DNA of 64,000 nucleotides, taken from contig JAFQBH010000014.1 of the NCBI GenBank assembly GCA_017399765.1, positions 3,162 through 67,161 on the forward strand, given 5' to 3'. This DNA is from Oscillospiraceae bacterium (GTDB lineage Bacteria; Bacillota; Clostridia; Oscillospirales; Ruminococcaceae). The notes below the pieces were generated by a model, which was not told the origin of the DNA, made no database searches, and saw only the letters and a program-made list of their open reading frames with translations. Shown piece after piece: positions 18,116 to 28,095 of this stretch. A program made the translations under genes and the position numbers. Numbering within the stretch: position 1 is the stretch's first letter; the number at the start of each line of letters is the position of its first letter.

Positions 18116-18292
18116 TCAATCGTCCCCGGGCTGTGCCGCACCAACAGGGCAGGAATAGGAACAGGTTCCGCAATCGATGCATTTTGCCGGGTTGATAACG
18201 TATTTTCCGTCGCCGGGTTCAATTGCGCCGACGGGGCAGTTTTCTGCGCAGGTTCCGCATTCGATACACATATCGGAAATTTTATAGGCCAT
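18116..18292 (-). CDS. 2x[4Fe-4S] ferredoxin (58 aa; below the ORF-track cutoff)
   Basis: Hand translation: MAYKISDMCIECGTCAENCPVGAIEPGDGKYVINPAKCIDCGTCSYSCPVGAAQPGDD. RBS AGGAGG. Starts 36 nt downstream of the ricT stop. Confidence 0.9.
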   Translation of the reverse strand: MAYKISDMCIECGTCAENCPVGAIEPGDGKYVINPAKCIDCGTCSYSCPVGAAQPGDD

Positions 18293-18328
18293 GATAAAAT
18301 CCTCCTGAAATTTTTATTAAAAAAGGAA

Positions 18329-19183
18329 TTATTCTTCCTCTTCGGTTCTTGGTTCTTCTCTTTCGCCGCGAATTCGCTTTACGAAAGATTTGTGGAAAGA
18401 TTTCGGTGCGCCGTCCGGTGCATCGTCCATTTTTACCGTAAGCATTCCGGTCATAAGGTTAAGATCGACAACAACGCCGTTTCCGTCCGGTGTCTTGACC
18501 GCGGCACCGATTCTCGGCATGGTTCTGATAAGTTCTTCGTAACCTTCCTGCTCATATTTAAGGCAGCACATAAGTCTTCCGCAGGTTCCGGAAATTTTTG
18601 TGGGATTGAGGGAAAGTCCCTGCTCCTTCGCCATTTTTACCGAAACCGGAGCAAATTCCCCAAGGAACTGGGAACAGCAGAAAGGTCTTCCGCAAATTCC
18701 GAGACCGCCGAGCATTTTTGCTTCGTCGCGGACTCCGATCTGGCGAAGTTCGATCCTTGTGCGGAAAATTGCCGCAAGGTCTTTTACAAGTTCACGGAAA
18801 TCGATTCTTCCGTCCGCGGTAAAATAGAAAATTATCTTGCTGTTATCGAAAGTATATTCCACGTCAACAAGCTTCATATCAAGACCGTGTTCCGCAATTT
18901 TCACAAGGCATTTTTCAAAAGCCTGTTTTTCAAGGCGCTCGTTTTCCTCAACGTGCTTAAGGTCCTCCGCCGTTGCAAAGCGAAGAACTTTTTTAAGGGG
19001 CATTATAACTTTATCTTCGGAAACAAAGCGGTTATCCGCCGCAACTTCGCCGCATTCGGTTCCGCGGCTTGTTTCAACGATAACTCTGTCGCCGATGGAA
19101 AATTTTTCGCCCTCCGGGTCAAAATAATAGACTTTTCCGACTTCTTTAAAGCGGACGCCTATAACTTCGATCTTTTCGCTCAT
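18329..19183 (-). CDS. ricT: PSP1-domain protein RicT (YaaT)
   Basis: MSEKIEVIGVRFKEVGKVYYFD start abuts the holB stop. PSP1 core ...GRPFCCSQFL...GTCGRLMCCLKYE. The ORF-track start at 19219 overlaps holB. Confidence 0.85.
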   Translation of the reverse strand: MSEKIEVIGVRFKEVGKVYYFDPEGEKFSIGDRVIVETSRGTECGEVAADNRFVSEDKVIMPLKKVLRFATAEDLKHVEENERLEKQAFEKCLVKIAEHGLDMKLVDVEYTFDNSKIIFYFTADGRIDFRELVKDLAAIFRTRIELRQIGVRDEAKMLGGLGICGRPFCCSQFLGEFAPVSVKMAKEQGLSLNPTKISGTCGRLMCCLKYEQEGYEELIRTMPRIGAAVKTPDGNGVVVDLNLMTGMLTVKMDDAPDGAPKSFHKSFVKRIRGEREEPRTEEEE

Positions 19184-20121
19184 AAATTTCCTCCGAAAAT
19201 TCGGGAAAGTTCCATGCAAAGCCAGCTTTCGATAAGTTCAATGGAGCAGTTTTGCAAAACGGAAAGTTTTCCCCGTTCAATGATTTCTGATGTTTTTACT
19301 GCCTCGATGGGGCTTACCCTCACCGGTGCTTTTTTCCCGGCAGCGCGGTCAATTCCGCAGCGTCCGGTTATGTTAAGAAGCCTTTCGAGAAATTCCGAAA
19401 GTTCCGCCCTTGTTTTGCATTTTGATGAAAGTTCCGCCGCAAGGCTGTAACTGTCGCCTTTTTTAAGAAGTTCGGGAACTTTTGATGCAAGAAGAACAAT
19501 TTCGCCCATGCCTTCGGAAAACCCGGCGCTTGCGGCGCCGAAATTTCCGCCGTAAGCAATTGAAAAAAGTTCCGCTTCACTTTCGGAAAGTTCCGGAAAT
19601 TTTTCCCGGAGCGCAAAGGCGCATTCCTCCCTCGTCGGCGGTTCAAGAGTATAAACCGTTGAGCGGCTTATAATGGTATCAAGAAGGCTTTTTCGGTTAT
19701 CGCAGGTAAGAATGAACCTTGCGTGGGCCGGCGGTTCTTCAAGGGATTTAAGAAGCGCGTTCTGGGCTTCCTGGGTCATATTTTCAATATCAAGAAGAAT
19801 ATAGACCTTTTGTTCGGATTCGTTCGGCGCAAGCCAAAGGGAATTTTTTATTTCCCTTATACTTTCAATATGAAAACTTCTTGCTCCGCCGTTTCCGCCG
19901 AAAATTTCAACGTCCGGGTGGTTTCCGTTTTCAATTTTACGGCAAACGGAACAGTTTCCGCAAGGTCTGTTTTCCTCACTGCAAAGAATCGCTTTTGCAA
20001 GCCAGAGCGCAAGTTCCCTTCTTCCGGTTCCTTTTTCGCCTTCAATAAGAACGGCATGGGAAAGGATACCTTCGCGCAATGCTGCGGAAAGCGTCCCTTT
20101 AAGCTCTTTCGTTCCGGGCAT
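19180..20121 (-). CDS. holB: DNA polymerase III subunit delta prime
   Basis: HAVLIEGEKGTGR P-loop-like motif, zinc module CGNCSVCRKIENGNHPD, and conserved darA-holB-ricT synteny. Confidence 0.9.
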   Translation of the reverse strand: MPGTKELKGTLSAALREGILSHAVLIEGEKGTGRRELALWLAKAILCSEENRPCGNCSVCRKIENGNHPDVEIFGGNGGARSFHIESIREIKNSLWLAPNESEQKVYILLDIENMTQEAQNALLKSLEEPPAHARFILTCDNRKSLLDTIISRSTVYTLEPPTREECAFALREKFPELSESEAELFSIAYGGNFGAASAGFSEGMGEIVLLASKVPELLKKGDSYSLAAELSSKCKTRAELSEFLERLLNITGRCGIDRAAGKKAPVRVSPIEAVKTSEIIERGKLSVLQNCSIELIESWLCMELSRIFGGNL

Positions 20122-20122
20122 T

Positions 20123-20443
20123 TTAAACCTTCTCGAAATGTTCGACGTTCATTACGAAAACGGTTGCGCCGCCAACGGTTACTTCAACAGGGAATGCGGA
20201 ATACATACCGACGTCAAAGCTGTTGTTGGGAACCATCTGTTTGCGTTTTTTGCTGTGTTTTGCAATAATCGCGATAACGTCTTCGACCTGATCATCGTTA
20301 ACGCCGATGAGGAAAGTTGTGTTTCCGCTCATAAGAAAACCGCCGGTGGTTGCGAGTTTTGTTACGGAGTATCTTGCTTTGGTAAGTGCTGCGGAAACAG
20401 CGCTGCTGTCATCGCCGGAGACGATTGCCATTATCATTTTCAT
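20123..20443 (-). CDS. darA: PII-like cyclic-di-AMP receptor protein (YaaQ/DarA family, DUF970)
   Basis: 106 aa: MKMIMAIVSGDDSSAVSAALTKARYSVTKLATTGGFL... Conserved position upstream of holB. Confidence 0.8.
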   Translation of the reverse strand: MKMIMAIVSGDDSSAVSAALTKARYSVTKLATTGGFLMSGNTTFLIGVNDDQVEDVIAIIAKHSKKRKQMVPNNSFDVGMYSAFPVEVTVGGATVFVMNVEHFEKV

Positions 20444-20501
20444 ATTATTGTCCTCCTTGGGAAGATTATGTAATATTTAACCGCAAACGCGGGATTAAAC
20501 T

Positions 20502-21788
20502 TTATTTTACCACATTTATTTTACGAATACCGTATTTTATCAAAAGTTCCGCAATTTTTTTGTTTATGATTTCTCCCGGAACCGCAAGAGCTATGCATGG
20601 CGGACAGGGAAGATTAAGCCTTGCGGCAATTCTTCCGACCGCTTTTTCGGTTTCAATTTCCTCCGTTTCGGAAAAAACTGCATTTCTTACGGAAATTGCC
20701 CTTTCAGGCATTTTTGAAAGGCGTTCCTCAAAAGCCGCAAAACCGTTTCCGAAAGTTTCTTCGATAAATTTTGCGACCCTTTCAAAATCCCTTTCGGTAT
20801 TGAAAGGCGAAGCCATGAGCACCGCCCATTCATCGTTTACATATTCCGGTTCAATTCCGTGCTCACGGAGTTTTCTTCCGAATTCCTCGCCGGTCATTTC
20901 GGTGGATTTTACCGAAAGTGTGAGCCTTGCTGGTTCAACGTTTCTTGTTTTTGGGGCAAGTCCGTGCTCAAAAGCTTTGTAGCGAAGGTTTGCCACTTTT
21001 CCATTGAGCATGGCGAAATCATGTTTCGCGCTGTTTTCAAGATAATCCGCGCATTTATCAGCGGAAAGCATTATAAGATAGCTTGGGCTTGTTGAACCAA
21101 AAAGGCGCATTTTCTGTTTTGCGGTTTCTCTGAGAGCGCCGTCTTTAAGATGAAGAAGCGCTCCTCCGGTCAGAACCGGAAGGCTTTTGTGAAGGGAATC
21201 CGCGCACATATCCGCGCCGAGAGAAATGGGATGCATCTCCGTCGGGAAAAAGTGAAGATGCGCGCCGTGGGCGTTATCCACCAAAAGCTTTGCTCCGTTT
21301 TCATGCGCAAGTTTCGCAAAAGCTTCGATATCGCTGAGCACTCCGAAATAATCCGGCGAAGTAAGATAAACCGCTTTTGCTTCCGGATTTTCTTCAAAGG
21401 CTTTTTCCGCGCCTTTTAAATCCCTCGGATTTATCCAAATCGGTTCAAGGTCAAGAAGCGCAATGGTGTTGACCGCGGAAGCGTGGCAGTTTCTTGCAAT
21501 GATCAATTTATCTCCCGGATTCAAAGCGGTTGCAAGCATCGCCTGAATACAAAGGGTCGAACCGCCGGCGGAAAGAAGGCTTGCGCCCGCTCCGTAAATT
21601 TTTGCAAAGCGTTTTTCCGTTTCAAAAATCGCTTCGGAAGCTTCAAAAAGGCTGTCGGTGCCTTCGACTTCCGTTACATCGAATTTATAATATTCCGGAA
21701 AATTTTCCGCACCCTTATGCCCGGGCATATGAAAACGCGAAAAATCTTTTCCGATATATTCATTCAAAGCATTTTCAAGCGGGTTCAT
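20502..21788 (-). CDS. PLP-dependent Orn/Lys/Arg decarboxylase-family enzyme (YaaO-like)
   Basis: FHMPGHKG N-terminus and PLP lysine in DSLHKSLPVLTGG. Length 428 aa. Confidence 0.8.
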   Translation of the reverse strand: MNPLENALNEYIGKDFSRFHMPGHKGAENFPEYYKFDVTEVEGTDSLFEASEAIFETEKRFAKIYGAGASLLSAGGSTLCIQAMLATALNPGDKLIIARNCHASAVNTIALLDLEPIWINPRDLKGAEKAFEENPEAKAVYLTSPDYFGVLSDIEAFAKLAHENGAKLLVDNAHGAHLHFFPTEMHPISLGADMCADSLHKSLPVLTGGALLHLKDGALRETAKQKMRLFGSTSPSYLIMLSADKCADYLENSAKHDFAMLNGKVANLRYKAFEHGLAPKTRNVEPARLTLSVKSTEMTGEEFGRKLREHGIEPEYVNDEWAVLMASPFNTERDFERVAKFIEETFGNGFAAFEERLSKMPERAISVRNAVFSETEEIETEKAVGRIAARLNLPCPPCIALAVPGEIINKKIAELLIKYGIRKINVVK

Positions 21789-22837
21789 TTTCTGAACCTC
21801 TTTTTAAGTTTATGGAGTTTTCCGTTAAGTTTTATTGCGTGTTTTACCATTTTCGCCGCAAGGGGTTTATAGGTTATATCAAATTCGCCGGGAAGTTCGT
21901 CCACCTGGCCGTTGAATCCGCGTTTGAAACGGTAAAGACCGTAGAGGTGGTCGCTTTCGTCCTCAAGGTTACCGGAAATTCCCTGGAAGTCATAAACTTC
22001 GCAACCGGTTTCTATCGCCCATTTTATCATTTCCCACTGGATAAGATAGTTGGGCATAACATTTCTGAAAGCGTTGTCGGAAGCGCCATATACGTAGCAG
22101 CATTTTCCGGCATAGTTTGTGGTGATGGTTCCGCAAACCGCCTGACCGTTATAAAATCCCATATAAAGGCGGACGTGTTCGCCGAGGGAATCGAGCATTC
22201 TCTCGAAATATTCCTTCGGGCGGATATTGAAGCCGTCCCTTTCGCCGGTGGTTTTCATAATTCTCATAAATTCATCGAGATATTCTTTTCCGACAACCTT
22301 TATTTCAACGCCGTGTTTTATCGCAACACGGACATTATAGCGGCATTTCTGGGTAAGGTTCATAAAAACCTCGTCCTCGGTGCGGTCCTTTATATAAAGG
22401 CGATAGTTAAAACGGCACTGAATGGTTTCAAAACCGGTGGGACCGAATTTTCTTTTAAAACCAAGTTCATCGGCAATTTTAAGAAATTCCTCATCGGAAG
22501 CAAGAACGTCCGGGTCCATTTTGAAATTATGGGCGTTATGCTTCTTCGCAAGAACTTTTGCGCCGTTCATAAGGTCTTTAAGAACGGATTTATCGTGAAG
22601 GTTGCAGACCGGACCTCTCGGTGCATAGAGAAAACTTGTTCCGATAAGCGGGATTTTTTGTATCAAAACAGACATTCCGCCGACAATTTCGCCGGTTTCA
22701 TTTCTGGAAACAACAACTTCGTGGCCCCAATTGTTTTTAACGCCGTACCAAAGGGTGGACTGGGTAAATCCGCCCTGGGGGTGACTTTTGCAAAAAGCTT
22801 CGTATTCGGGGTATTGTTCCTTTTTAAGGATCTCCAT
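21785..22837 (-). CDS. FemAB-family peptidoglycan interpeptide-bridge aminoacyltransferase
   Basis: 350 aa. FTQSTLWYGVKNNWGHE..., LYAPRGPV and YDFQGISG are typical FemAB/MurM blocks. Confidence 0.8.
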   Translation of the reverse strand: MEILKKEQYPEYEAFCKSHPQGGFTQSTLWYGVKNNWGHEVVVSRNETGEIVGGMSVLIQKIPLIGTSFLYAPRGPVCNLHDKSVLKDLMNGAKVLAKKHNAHNFKMDPDVLASDEEFLKIADELGFKRKFGPTGFETIQCRFNYRLYIKDRTEDEVFMNLTQKCRYNVRVAIKHGVEIKVVGKEYLDEFMRIMKTTGERDGFNIRPKEYFERMLDSLGEHVRLYMGFYNGQAVCGTITTNYAGKCCYVYGASDNAFRNVMPNYLIQWEMIKWAIETGCEVYDFQGISGNLEDESDHLYGLYRFKRGFNGQVDELPGEFDITYKPLAAKMVKHAIKLNGKLHKLKKRFRK

Positions 22838-22838
22838 T

Positions 22839-23636
22839 TTAATCCTCCGTGATTATTTTATAATTGCGCTCAACGTTTGCGGGTTTCCAGCCATAGGAGC
22901 GGTCGGAAAGATCCATTCCCGGGGTGTAAACCGGTTTTGCGCTCTCTTTGAATTCTTTAAGTCCGGTGCCGTCCGCGTGTCTGTTCATGGGACAGCAATC
23001 GGTGCAGCAGTCGCAGCCGCAGATAAAGCCGACTTTTTTGATAAGTGCCTCATCTTCCGGGGTAAGTTCCTTTTTCATCTGGTTTATATATGCGACGCAT
23101 TTTTCTTTTTCGTATCCTTTTTCGGAAAGAGCTCCTGCGGGACATTCGCGGATACATTTTCCGCAATCGAAGCAGGTTCCGACGGATTTTTTGGATTTTG
23201 CGAATTTTCTTGTGGTAACAATTTCGCCGATAGCGCAGCGGGTTCCGTATTCCTTGCTGATGAGAAGATTGTTTTTTCCGCGAACACCCAAACCCGCAAG
23301 AACCGCGGCTCTTACTTCCGCAATGGGAGAAGAATCCACAAAGAACTTGAAAGTTTCTTCCGGAAAAGCTCTGCGCAGAATTTCGGTTGCAACGGAAAGA
23401 TGTTCCGCCGCAACGTCATGATAATTTCTGCCGACGGCGTATCTTGCCATATTTCTGCCTTCGTTCATTCCGGTATCCCAGGGGATAAGGCAGACTATTA
23501 CGGACTGGATTCCGTCGAACATTTCTCTCTGTTTGAATCCGGTTCCGGGAAGGGTTTCGTTATAATCCGCAACGCCGAAAACTTCGATTCCGGCGGCTTT
23601 CATGATTTCTTCAAGCATTTTTATCAGTTCCCCCAA
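22839..23636 (-). CDS. QueG-family epoxyqueuosine reductase-like 4Fe-4S protein (short form)
   Basis: [44 protein letters not shown] and [12 protein letters not shown] match the QueG core. It is shorter (265 aa) than canonical QueG. Confidence 0.6.
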   Translation of the reverse strand: MGELIKMLEEIMKAAGIEVFGVADYNETLPGTGFKQREMFDGIQSVIVCLIPWDTGMNEGRNMARYAVGRNYHDVAAEHLSVATEILRRAFPEETFKFFVDSSPIAEVRAAVLAGLGVRGKNNLLISKEYGTRCAIGEIVTTRKFAKSKKSVGTCFDCGKCIRECPAGALSEKGYEKEKCVAYINQMKKELTPEDEALIKKVGFICGCDCCTDCCPMNRHADGTGLKEFKESAKPVYTPGMDLSDRSYGWKPANVERNYKIITED

Positions 23637-25153
23637 TATTTTCTGTCAAGGCTTCTGTATTGCAGAGCTTCCGCAATATGCTGAACGTCTATATCCTCAC
23701 TGCCGTCAAGATCGGCAATGGTTCTTGCAACTTTTAAAATTCTATCATATGCCCTTGCGGAAAGACCCATTCTTTCAAAAGCGGTTTTGAGCATATTCTG
23801 CGCACCTTCGGTAAGAACGCAGAACTGATGCAGAAAAGCCGGCGTAAGCATTGCGTTGCAGTTTATTCCGGTTCCTTTATAGCGCTCGTTCTGGATCTTT
23901 CTTGCGGCGTTTACTCTTTCGCGGATAGCGGAAGAAGGTTCCGATTTTGTTCTGTCGCTAAGGTCGGAAAATTCAACCGGCATAACTTCAACGTGAAGGT
24001 CGATTCTGTCAAGAAGCGGACCGGAAACTTTTGAAAGATATCTCTGGACCGAACCTTCGGAACAGGTGCATTTTCTGGTCGGGTGCCCGTAATATCCGCA
24101 GGGACAAGGGTTCATTGCCGCAACAAGCATTATCGAACAGGGATAGGTAAGTCTTCCCGCCGCCCTTGAAATTGTAACGGTTCCGTCTTCAAGCGGCTGG
24201 CGGAGAACTTCCATCGCGGTGCGGTTATATTCCGGAAGTTCATCAAGAAAAAGCACTCCGTTATGGGCAAGGGAAATTTCGCCCGGTCTGGGAATCGTTC
24301 CGCCGCCGGTAAGTCCCGCGGGCGAAACTGTGTGGTGCGGGGCGCGGAAAGGACGTTTTTTAACAAGTCCCGTTCCTTCCGGCAAAGTTCCGCAGATGGA
24401 ATGGATTTTTGTTGTTTCAATGGATTCTTCAAAGGTCATTTCCGGAAGAATTGAGGGAAGGCGCTTTGCAAGCATGCTTTTTCCCGCGCCGGGAGGACCG
24501 ATAAGAAGAATGTTATGGAAACCCGCCGCGGCAATTTCAAGGGCACGTTTTGCCTCATACTGACCTTTAACGTCCTCAAAATCCGCTTCGTAAAAATCAG
24601 AGTGATTGTTTATGAATTCCACCGGTTTAAGCGGTTCGATAACTTCATCGCCCCGAAGATGTGAAACAACTTCGGAAACGGAACCGACAGCATAAACTTT
24701 AATTCCTTCAACAACGCTTCCTTCCGAAGCGTTTCCCTCCGGAATGAAAATTTTTTCAATACCGAGTTTTTTTGCTTCAAGAACCATCGGCAAAATTCCG
24801 GTGACCGGTTTTATGGTTCCTTCAAGGGAAAGTTCGCCGATAAACGCACAGCCGCGGAAATCTCCTTCGATTTGTCCGTCGGCTTTTAAAATTCCGATAA
24901 GTATCGGAAGGTCATAAAGCGAACCGGCCTTCTTGATATCGCTTGGGGCAAGGTTCACAACGATTTTTCCTATCGGAAAATCAAAACCGCTGTTGATGAT
25001 AGCCGTGCGTACTCTGTCGCGGGATTCCTTTACCGCAACGTCCGGAAGTCCGACAATATCAAAACCCGGAAAGGATTCGGAAAGGTCCACCTCTACAGCA
25101 ACCTTATATGCGTTTATTCCAAGAAGACCCATGCTTGTGCAGGTACAGAACAT
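23624..25153 (-). CDS. YifB/ComM-family Mg-chelatase-like AAA+ ATPase
   Basis: 509 aa. Walker A GPPGAGKS, Walker B LFLDELPE, Lon-like N-domain. Confidence 0.9.
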   Translation of the reverse strand: MFCTCTSMGLLGINAYKVAVEVDLSESFPGFDIVGLPDVAVKESRDRVRTAIINSGFDFPIGKIVVNLAPSDIKKAGSLYDLPILIGILKADGQIEGDFRGCAFIGELSLEGTIKPVTGILPMVLEAKKLGIEKIFIPEGNASEGSVVEGIKVYAVGSVSEVVSHLRGDEVIEPLKPVEFINNHSDFYEADFEDVKGQYEAKRALEIAAAGFHNILLIGPPGAGKSMLAKRLPSILPEMTFEESIETTKIHSICGTLPEGTGLVKKRPFRAPHHTVSPAGLTGGGTIPRPGEISLAHNGVLFLDELPEYNRTAMEVLRQPLEDGTVTISRAAGRLTYPCSIMLVAAMNPCPCGYYGHPTRKCTCSEGSVQRYLSKVSGPLLDRIDLHVEVMPVEFSDLSDRTKSEPSSAIRERVNAARKIQNERYKGTGINCNAMLTPAFLHQFCVLTEGAQNMLKTAFERMGLSARAYDRILKVARTIADLDGSEDIDVQHIAEALQYRSLDRKYWGN

Positions 25154-25253
25154 TCGCAGCTCCCCTTTCCGAAAAAAAGACAGATATAATCAATTTATTA
25201 TATAACATATTAAGGCTTAAATACAAGCCCATTTTAAAAACTCCGCTTTTTTA

Positions 25254-25283
25254 TAAAAAAATCCGCCGTTTCCGGCGGATTTT
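25254..25283 (-). terminator. Intrinsic terminator after the GNAT gene
   Basis: AATCCGCCG-TTT-CCGGCGGATT with A/T runs, immediately after the stop codon. Confidence 0.8.
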
Positions 25284-25769
25284 TCAAACGCTGAATTCAA
25301 TTTTAACGCTGTTTTCGTTGTTGTTTTCATGTCCTTCGTCCCTTGCGGTAATAATTCCGCCCATTTTTTCGTAAAAACCAAGGGCATTTTTGTTCTCCGG
25401 GTGACAGCCAAGATAAAATTTATCGATTCCGCTTTCCCGGCAGCGGGTACGGATAAATTCAAAAACCTTTCTTCCGATCCCACTTCCTCTGGATTTTTCA
25501 AGAAGATAGAGCGATTGGATATAAAGCGGATTTTTATGCTGGATAATAAGATACCCGATTTTTTCTTCTTTTTCGGAAATAAAATAAACCGAAAATTCTT
25601 CCGAATTTATCATGGAAAGATTTTTGTTATCGTGAAATTCATAATCAAAATCATCAAGCATTTTGTCCGGATATATTCCCCGATAAGTAGTAAGCCAGAC
25701 TTTTCTGCGCATTTCGGAAAGAAAGCGCGCATCTTCCGGTTTTGCCGGAACAAATTCAATTTCCATCAA
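25284..25769 (-). CDS. GNAT-family N-acetyltransferase
   Basis: Acetyl-CoA motif SRGSGIGRKVFEFI. Length 161 aa. 14-nt overlap with the upstream gene. Confidence 0.8.
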   Translation of the reverse strand: MMEIEFVPAKPEDARFLSEMRRKVWLTTYRGIYPDKMLDDFDYEFHDNKNLSMINSEEFSVYFISEKEEKIGYLIIQHKNPLYIQSLYLLEKSRGSGIGRKVFEFIRTRCRESGIDKFYLGCHPENKNALGFYEKMGGIITARDEGHENNNENSVKIEFSV

Positions 25770-26616
25770 AATCCCCCTCTAAAAGTCTGTTTTTAAAATC
25801 GTTCCTTATGCCCGCCGCAATTTCTTCGGCTGTTCCGAAAGAAAGCCTTGGAACAAAACCTTGTTCAAGTTCTTCCCGAACTTCCGGAAGATATTCCCAG
25901 AATCTTTTCGGCATATGTGCCCGGCGGCAGGTTGGGTTATAACGGCTTGCAATGGCGATGTGTCGGTAATAATTCTTCCAAAGGCCGCTGTAAAAACGGT
26001 CTTCCGAACAATCCGGAAGTTCAAGATTTTCCACCGGAATGATTGCTGTGCGCTTTGGAGTATGGATAAGCGCGGCCCCGTGCTCAGCATCGAAAACCAT
26101 AAAAGTTTCGTTCTTCATTCTTGCGCAAAAGAAGTTTTTTATAAGCGGAAGAACAAAATGTTTCGGGTGTATAACGGAAACAAGCGCGCCTTTTGAATCC
26201 GAAAAACGGGCGAATTGGCGGTGTCTTTCGGCTTCATTGCCGACTGCAACGCACATTTTATAAACGGTGCTCACCGTTTCGTCGCCTATCCTGCTTCCAA
26301 CGCTTCTTCCCTCCGAAAAAGCCTTGTGGATAAAGCGTAAAATCGCTGTTTCTTTTCCTTCTCCGTCAAAAAGGAAGGCCTTTTCCACCATGTTGAGCAC
26401 GGTATATCCCAGTTTGTTTTCAATTCCGGTTCTCACCCGTTTCGCGTGCTCAAAATCTGTTTCGACATAGTGGATTTTGAGCAGAGAAGGCTCCATATCA
26501 TCAAAAACAACAATATCCGCGGGAATCGTTTTCATTGAAAAAGAATCAAAAACCGCCGAAAGGAAGCCTTCGAATGTACCGTCATAAGCAAAAATCAAAA
26601 TTCCCCTGTCAGACAT
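25756..26616 (-). CDS. DUF4130 / TIGR03915-like probable DNA-metabolism protein (no fused UDG domain)
   Basis: 286 aa, translationally coupled (22-nt overlap) to the radical SAM gene. The assignment rests on this classic pairing and on remembered family features. Confidence 0.55.
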   Translation of the reverse strand: MSDRGILIFAYDGTFEGFLSAVFDSFSMKTIPADIVVFDDMEPSLLKIHYVETDFEHAKRVRTGIENKLGYTVLNMVEKAFLFDGEGKETAILRFIHKAFSEGRSVGSRIGDETVSTVYKMCVAVGNEAERHRQFARFSDSKGALVSVIHPKHFVLPLIKNFFCARMKNETFMVFDAEHGAALIHTPKRTAIIPVENLELPDCSEDRFYSGLWKNYYRHIAIASRYNPTCRRAHMPKRFWEYLPEVREELEQGFVPRLSFGTAEEIAAGIRNDFKNRLLEGDFDGN

Positions 26617-27899
26617 TCCACAGAAGCCTCCTTTATGAGCATGGGTTCAAAAAGCGAAAGCTGTTCCATTCCGTAATCGGTAAAACCGCCCATTCTGTTG
26701 GGCGAAGTTATCGCCCAAAGCATGCTTTCCGTTGTTTCCGGAAGCCTTTGCAACGTTTTTCCGCCGCAGGTAATAAAAAACTTTGCTCTTTTGAGCACGA
26801 TGCCGAGCCTTTTGAGCATATCAAAATCAAGTTTCTGGCTTCTGCGGGCGCGAACTATTCTTTTTGCGCCCGTAACGCCGATTCCCGGAACGCGCAGAAG
26901 CATTTCATAATCCGCGGTATTGACTTCAACCGGAAAATCATTAAGATGGTTTACTGCCCATGAGCATTTCGGATCCACCTCCGGGTGAAGCATCGGCTTT
27001 TTCGGGTCTATAATTTCGCTTGCCTCGAAGCCATAGAACCGCAAAAGCCAGTCCGCCTGATAAAGCCGGTGCTCGCGAAGAAGCGGCGGTCTTGTATCAA
27101 GGCTTGGCAAAAGCGCGTCTTCCTGAAGCGGAACATAGGCGGAATAATAAACGCGTTTGAGTCCGTATTTTTTATACAAACTTTCTGTCAGATGAAGAAT
27201 ATGATAATCCGTTTCCGGGGAAGCGCCGACTATCATCTGGGTGCTTTGCCCCGCCGGAACAAATTTCGGAGTATGGCGGTATTTTATAATATCCTCGCAG
27301 TTTTCCTCAATTCCGGTTTTTATAAGACCCATCGGTTCAAGAATATTATGTTTCGTTTTATCCGGAGCGAGGCTCACCAAGGATTTTTCAGAAGGAAGTT
27401 CAATGTTAACGCTTACCCTGTCCGCAAGAAGACCGAGCCGATGCGTAAGAACGGGGTCTGCTCCGGGAATTGCCTTTGCATGGATATAACCCGCAAAGCC
27501 GTATTCTTCGCGCAAAAGACGCAGGGCTTCTATCATATGTTCCATGGTCCAATCCGGCGTTCCGACCACAGCGGAAGAAAGAAAAAGCCCTTCGATATAG
27601 TTTCTTCGGTAAAATTCTATCGTAAGCTCCGCGATTTCCCGGGGAGTAAAAGTTGCCCGCGGAAAATCGTTGCTTCTTCGGCTGATGCAATATTTACAGT
27701 CATAGACGCAGGCGTTTGACATCAGGATTTTAAGAAGGCTTACGCATCTTCCGTCCGCGGTAAAAGAATGGCAGCAGCCGGAAGGGGTCGCTGCACCTAT
27801 CATTCCTTCGGAAGAAGAACGTCCGCTTCCGCTTGAAGAACAGGAAGCATCATATTTTGCGGCTTCCGCAAGAATTTCAAGTTTTTCGTACATATCCAT
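26595..27899 (-). CDS. Radical SAM protein of the putative DNA modification/repair type (TIGR03916-like) with C-terminal helix-hairpin-helix
   Basis: CVYDCKYC radical-SAM cluster motif and HhH LLRVPGIGVTGAKRIVRAR. Length 434 aa. Confidence 0.7.
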   Translation of the reverse strand: MDMYEKLEILAEAAKYDASCSSSGSGRSSSEGMIGAATPSGCCHSFTADGRCVSLLKILMSNACVYDCKYCISRRSNDFPRATFTPREIAELTIEFYRRNYIEGLFLSSAVVGTPDWTMEHMIEALRLLREEYGFAGYIHAKAIPGADPVLTHRLGLLADRVSVNIELPSEKSLVSLAPDKTKHNILEPMGLIKTGIEENCEDIIKYRHTPKFVPAGQSTQMIVGASPETDYHILHLTESLYKKYGLKRVYYSAYVPLQEDALLPSLDTRPPLLREHRLYQADWLLRFYGFEASEIIDPKKPMLHPEVDPKCSWAVNHLNDFPVEVNTADYEMLLRVPGIGVTGAKRIVRARRSQKLDFDMLKRLGIVLKRAKFFITCGGKTLQRLPETTESMLWAITSPNRMGGFTDYGMEQLSLFEPMLIKEASVECLTGEF

Positions 27900-28095
27900 A
27901 AAAGCCGCCTCCTTCAGTACAAATCGAACAAATGTTCTTTTTATATATTACAACTATTTATATCCCCTGTCAACGGAAATATGTACCAAAAAAGACCCAG
28001 CGCACAATTTTTTAAAAAACTCTTTTTCCCTTGTAATAATGCGGTTTTTATGATAAAATAATAAATTGTCTTAATTTGCAATTGGAGGAATTTTA

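Noticed and set aside
17397-18182. The ORF-track version of the CAT-like gene has a 47-aa N-terminal extension overlapping ferredoxin 3.
   Set aside because: The extension crosses a terminator and the ferredoxin gene, has no RBS, and is not homologous to CAT. MDYKVV at 18041 has a GGAGGG RBS and aligns with CAT N-termini.
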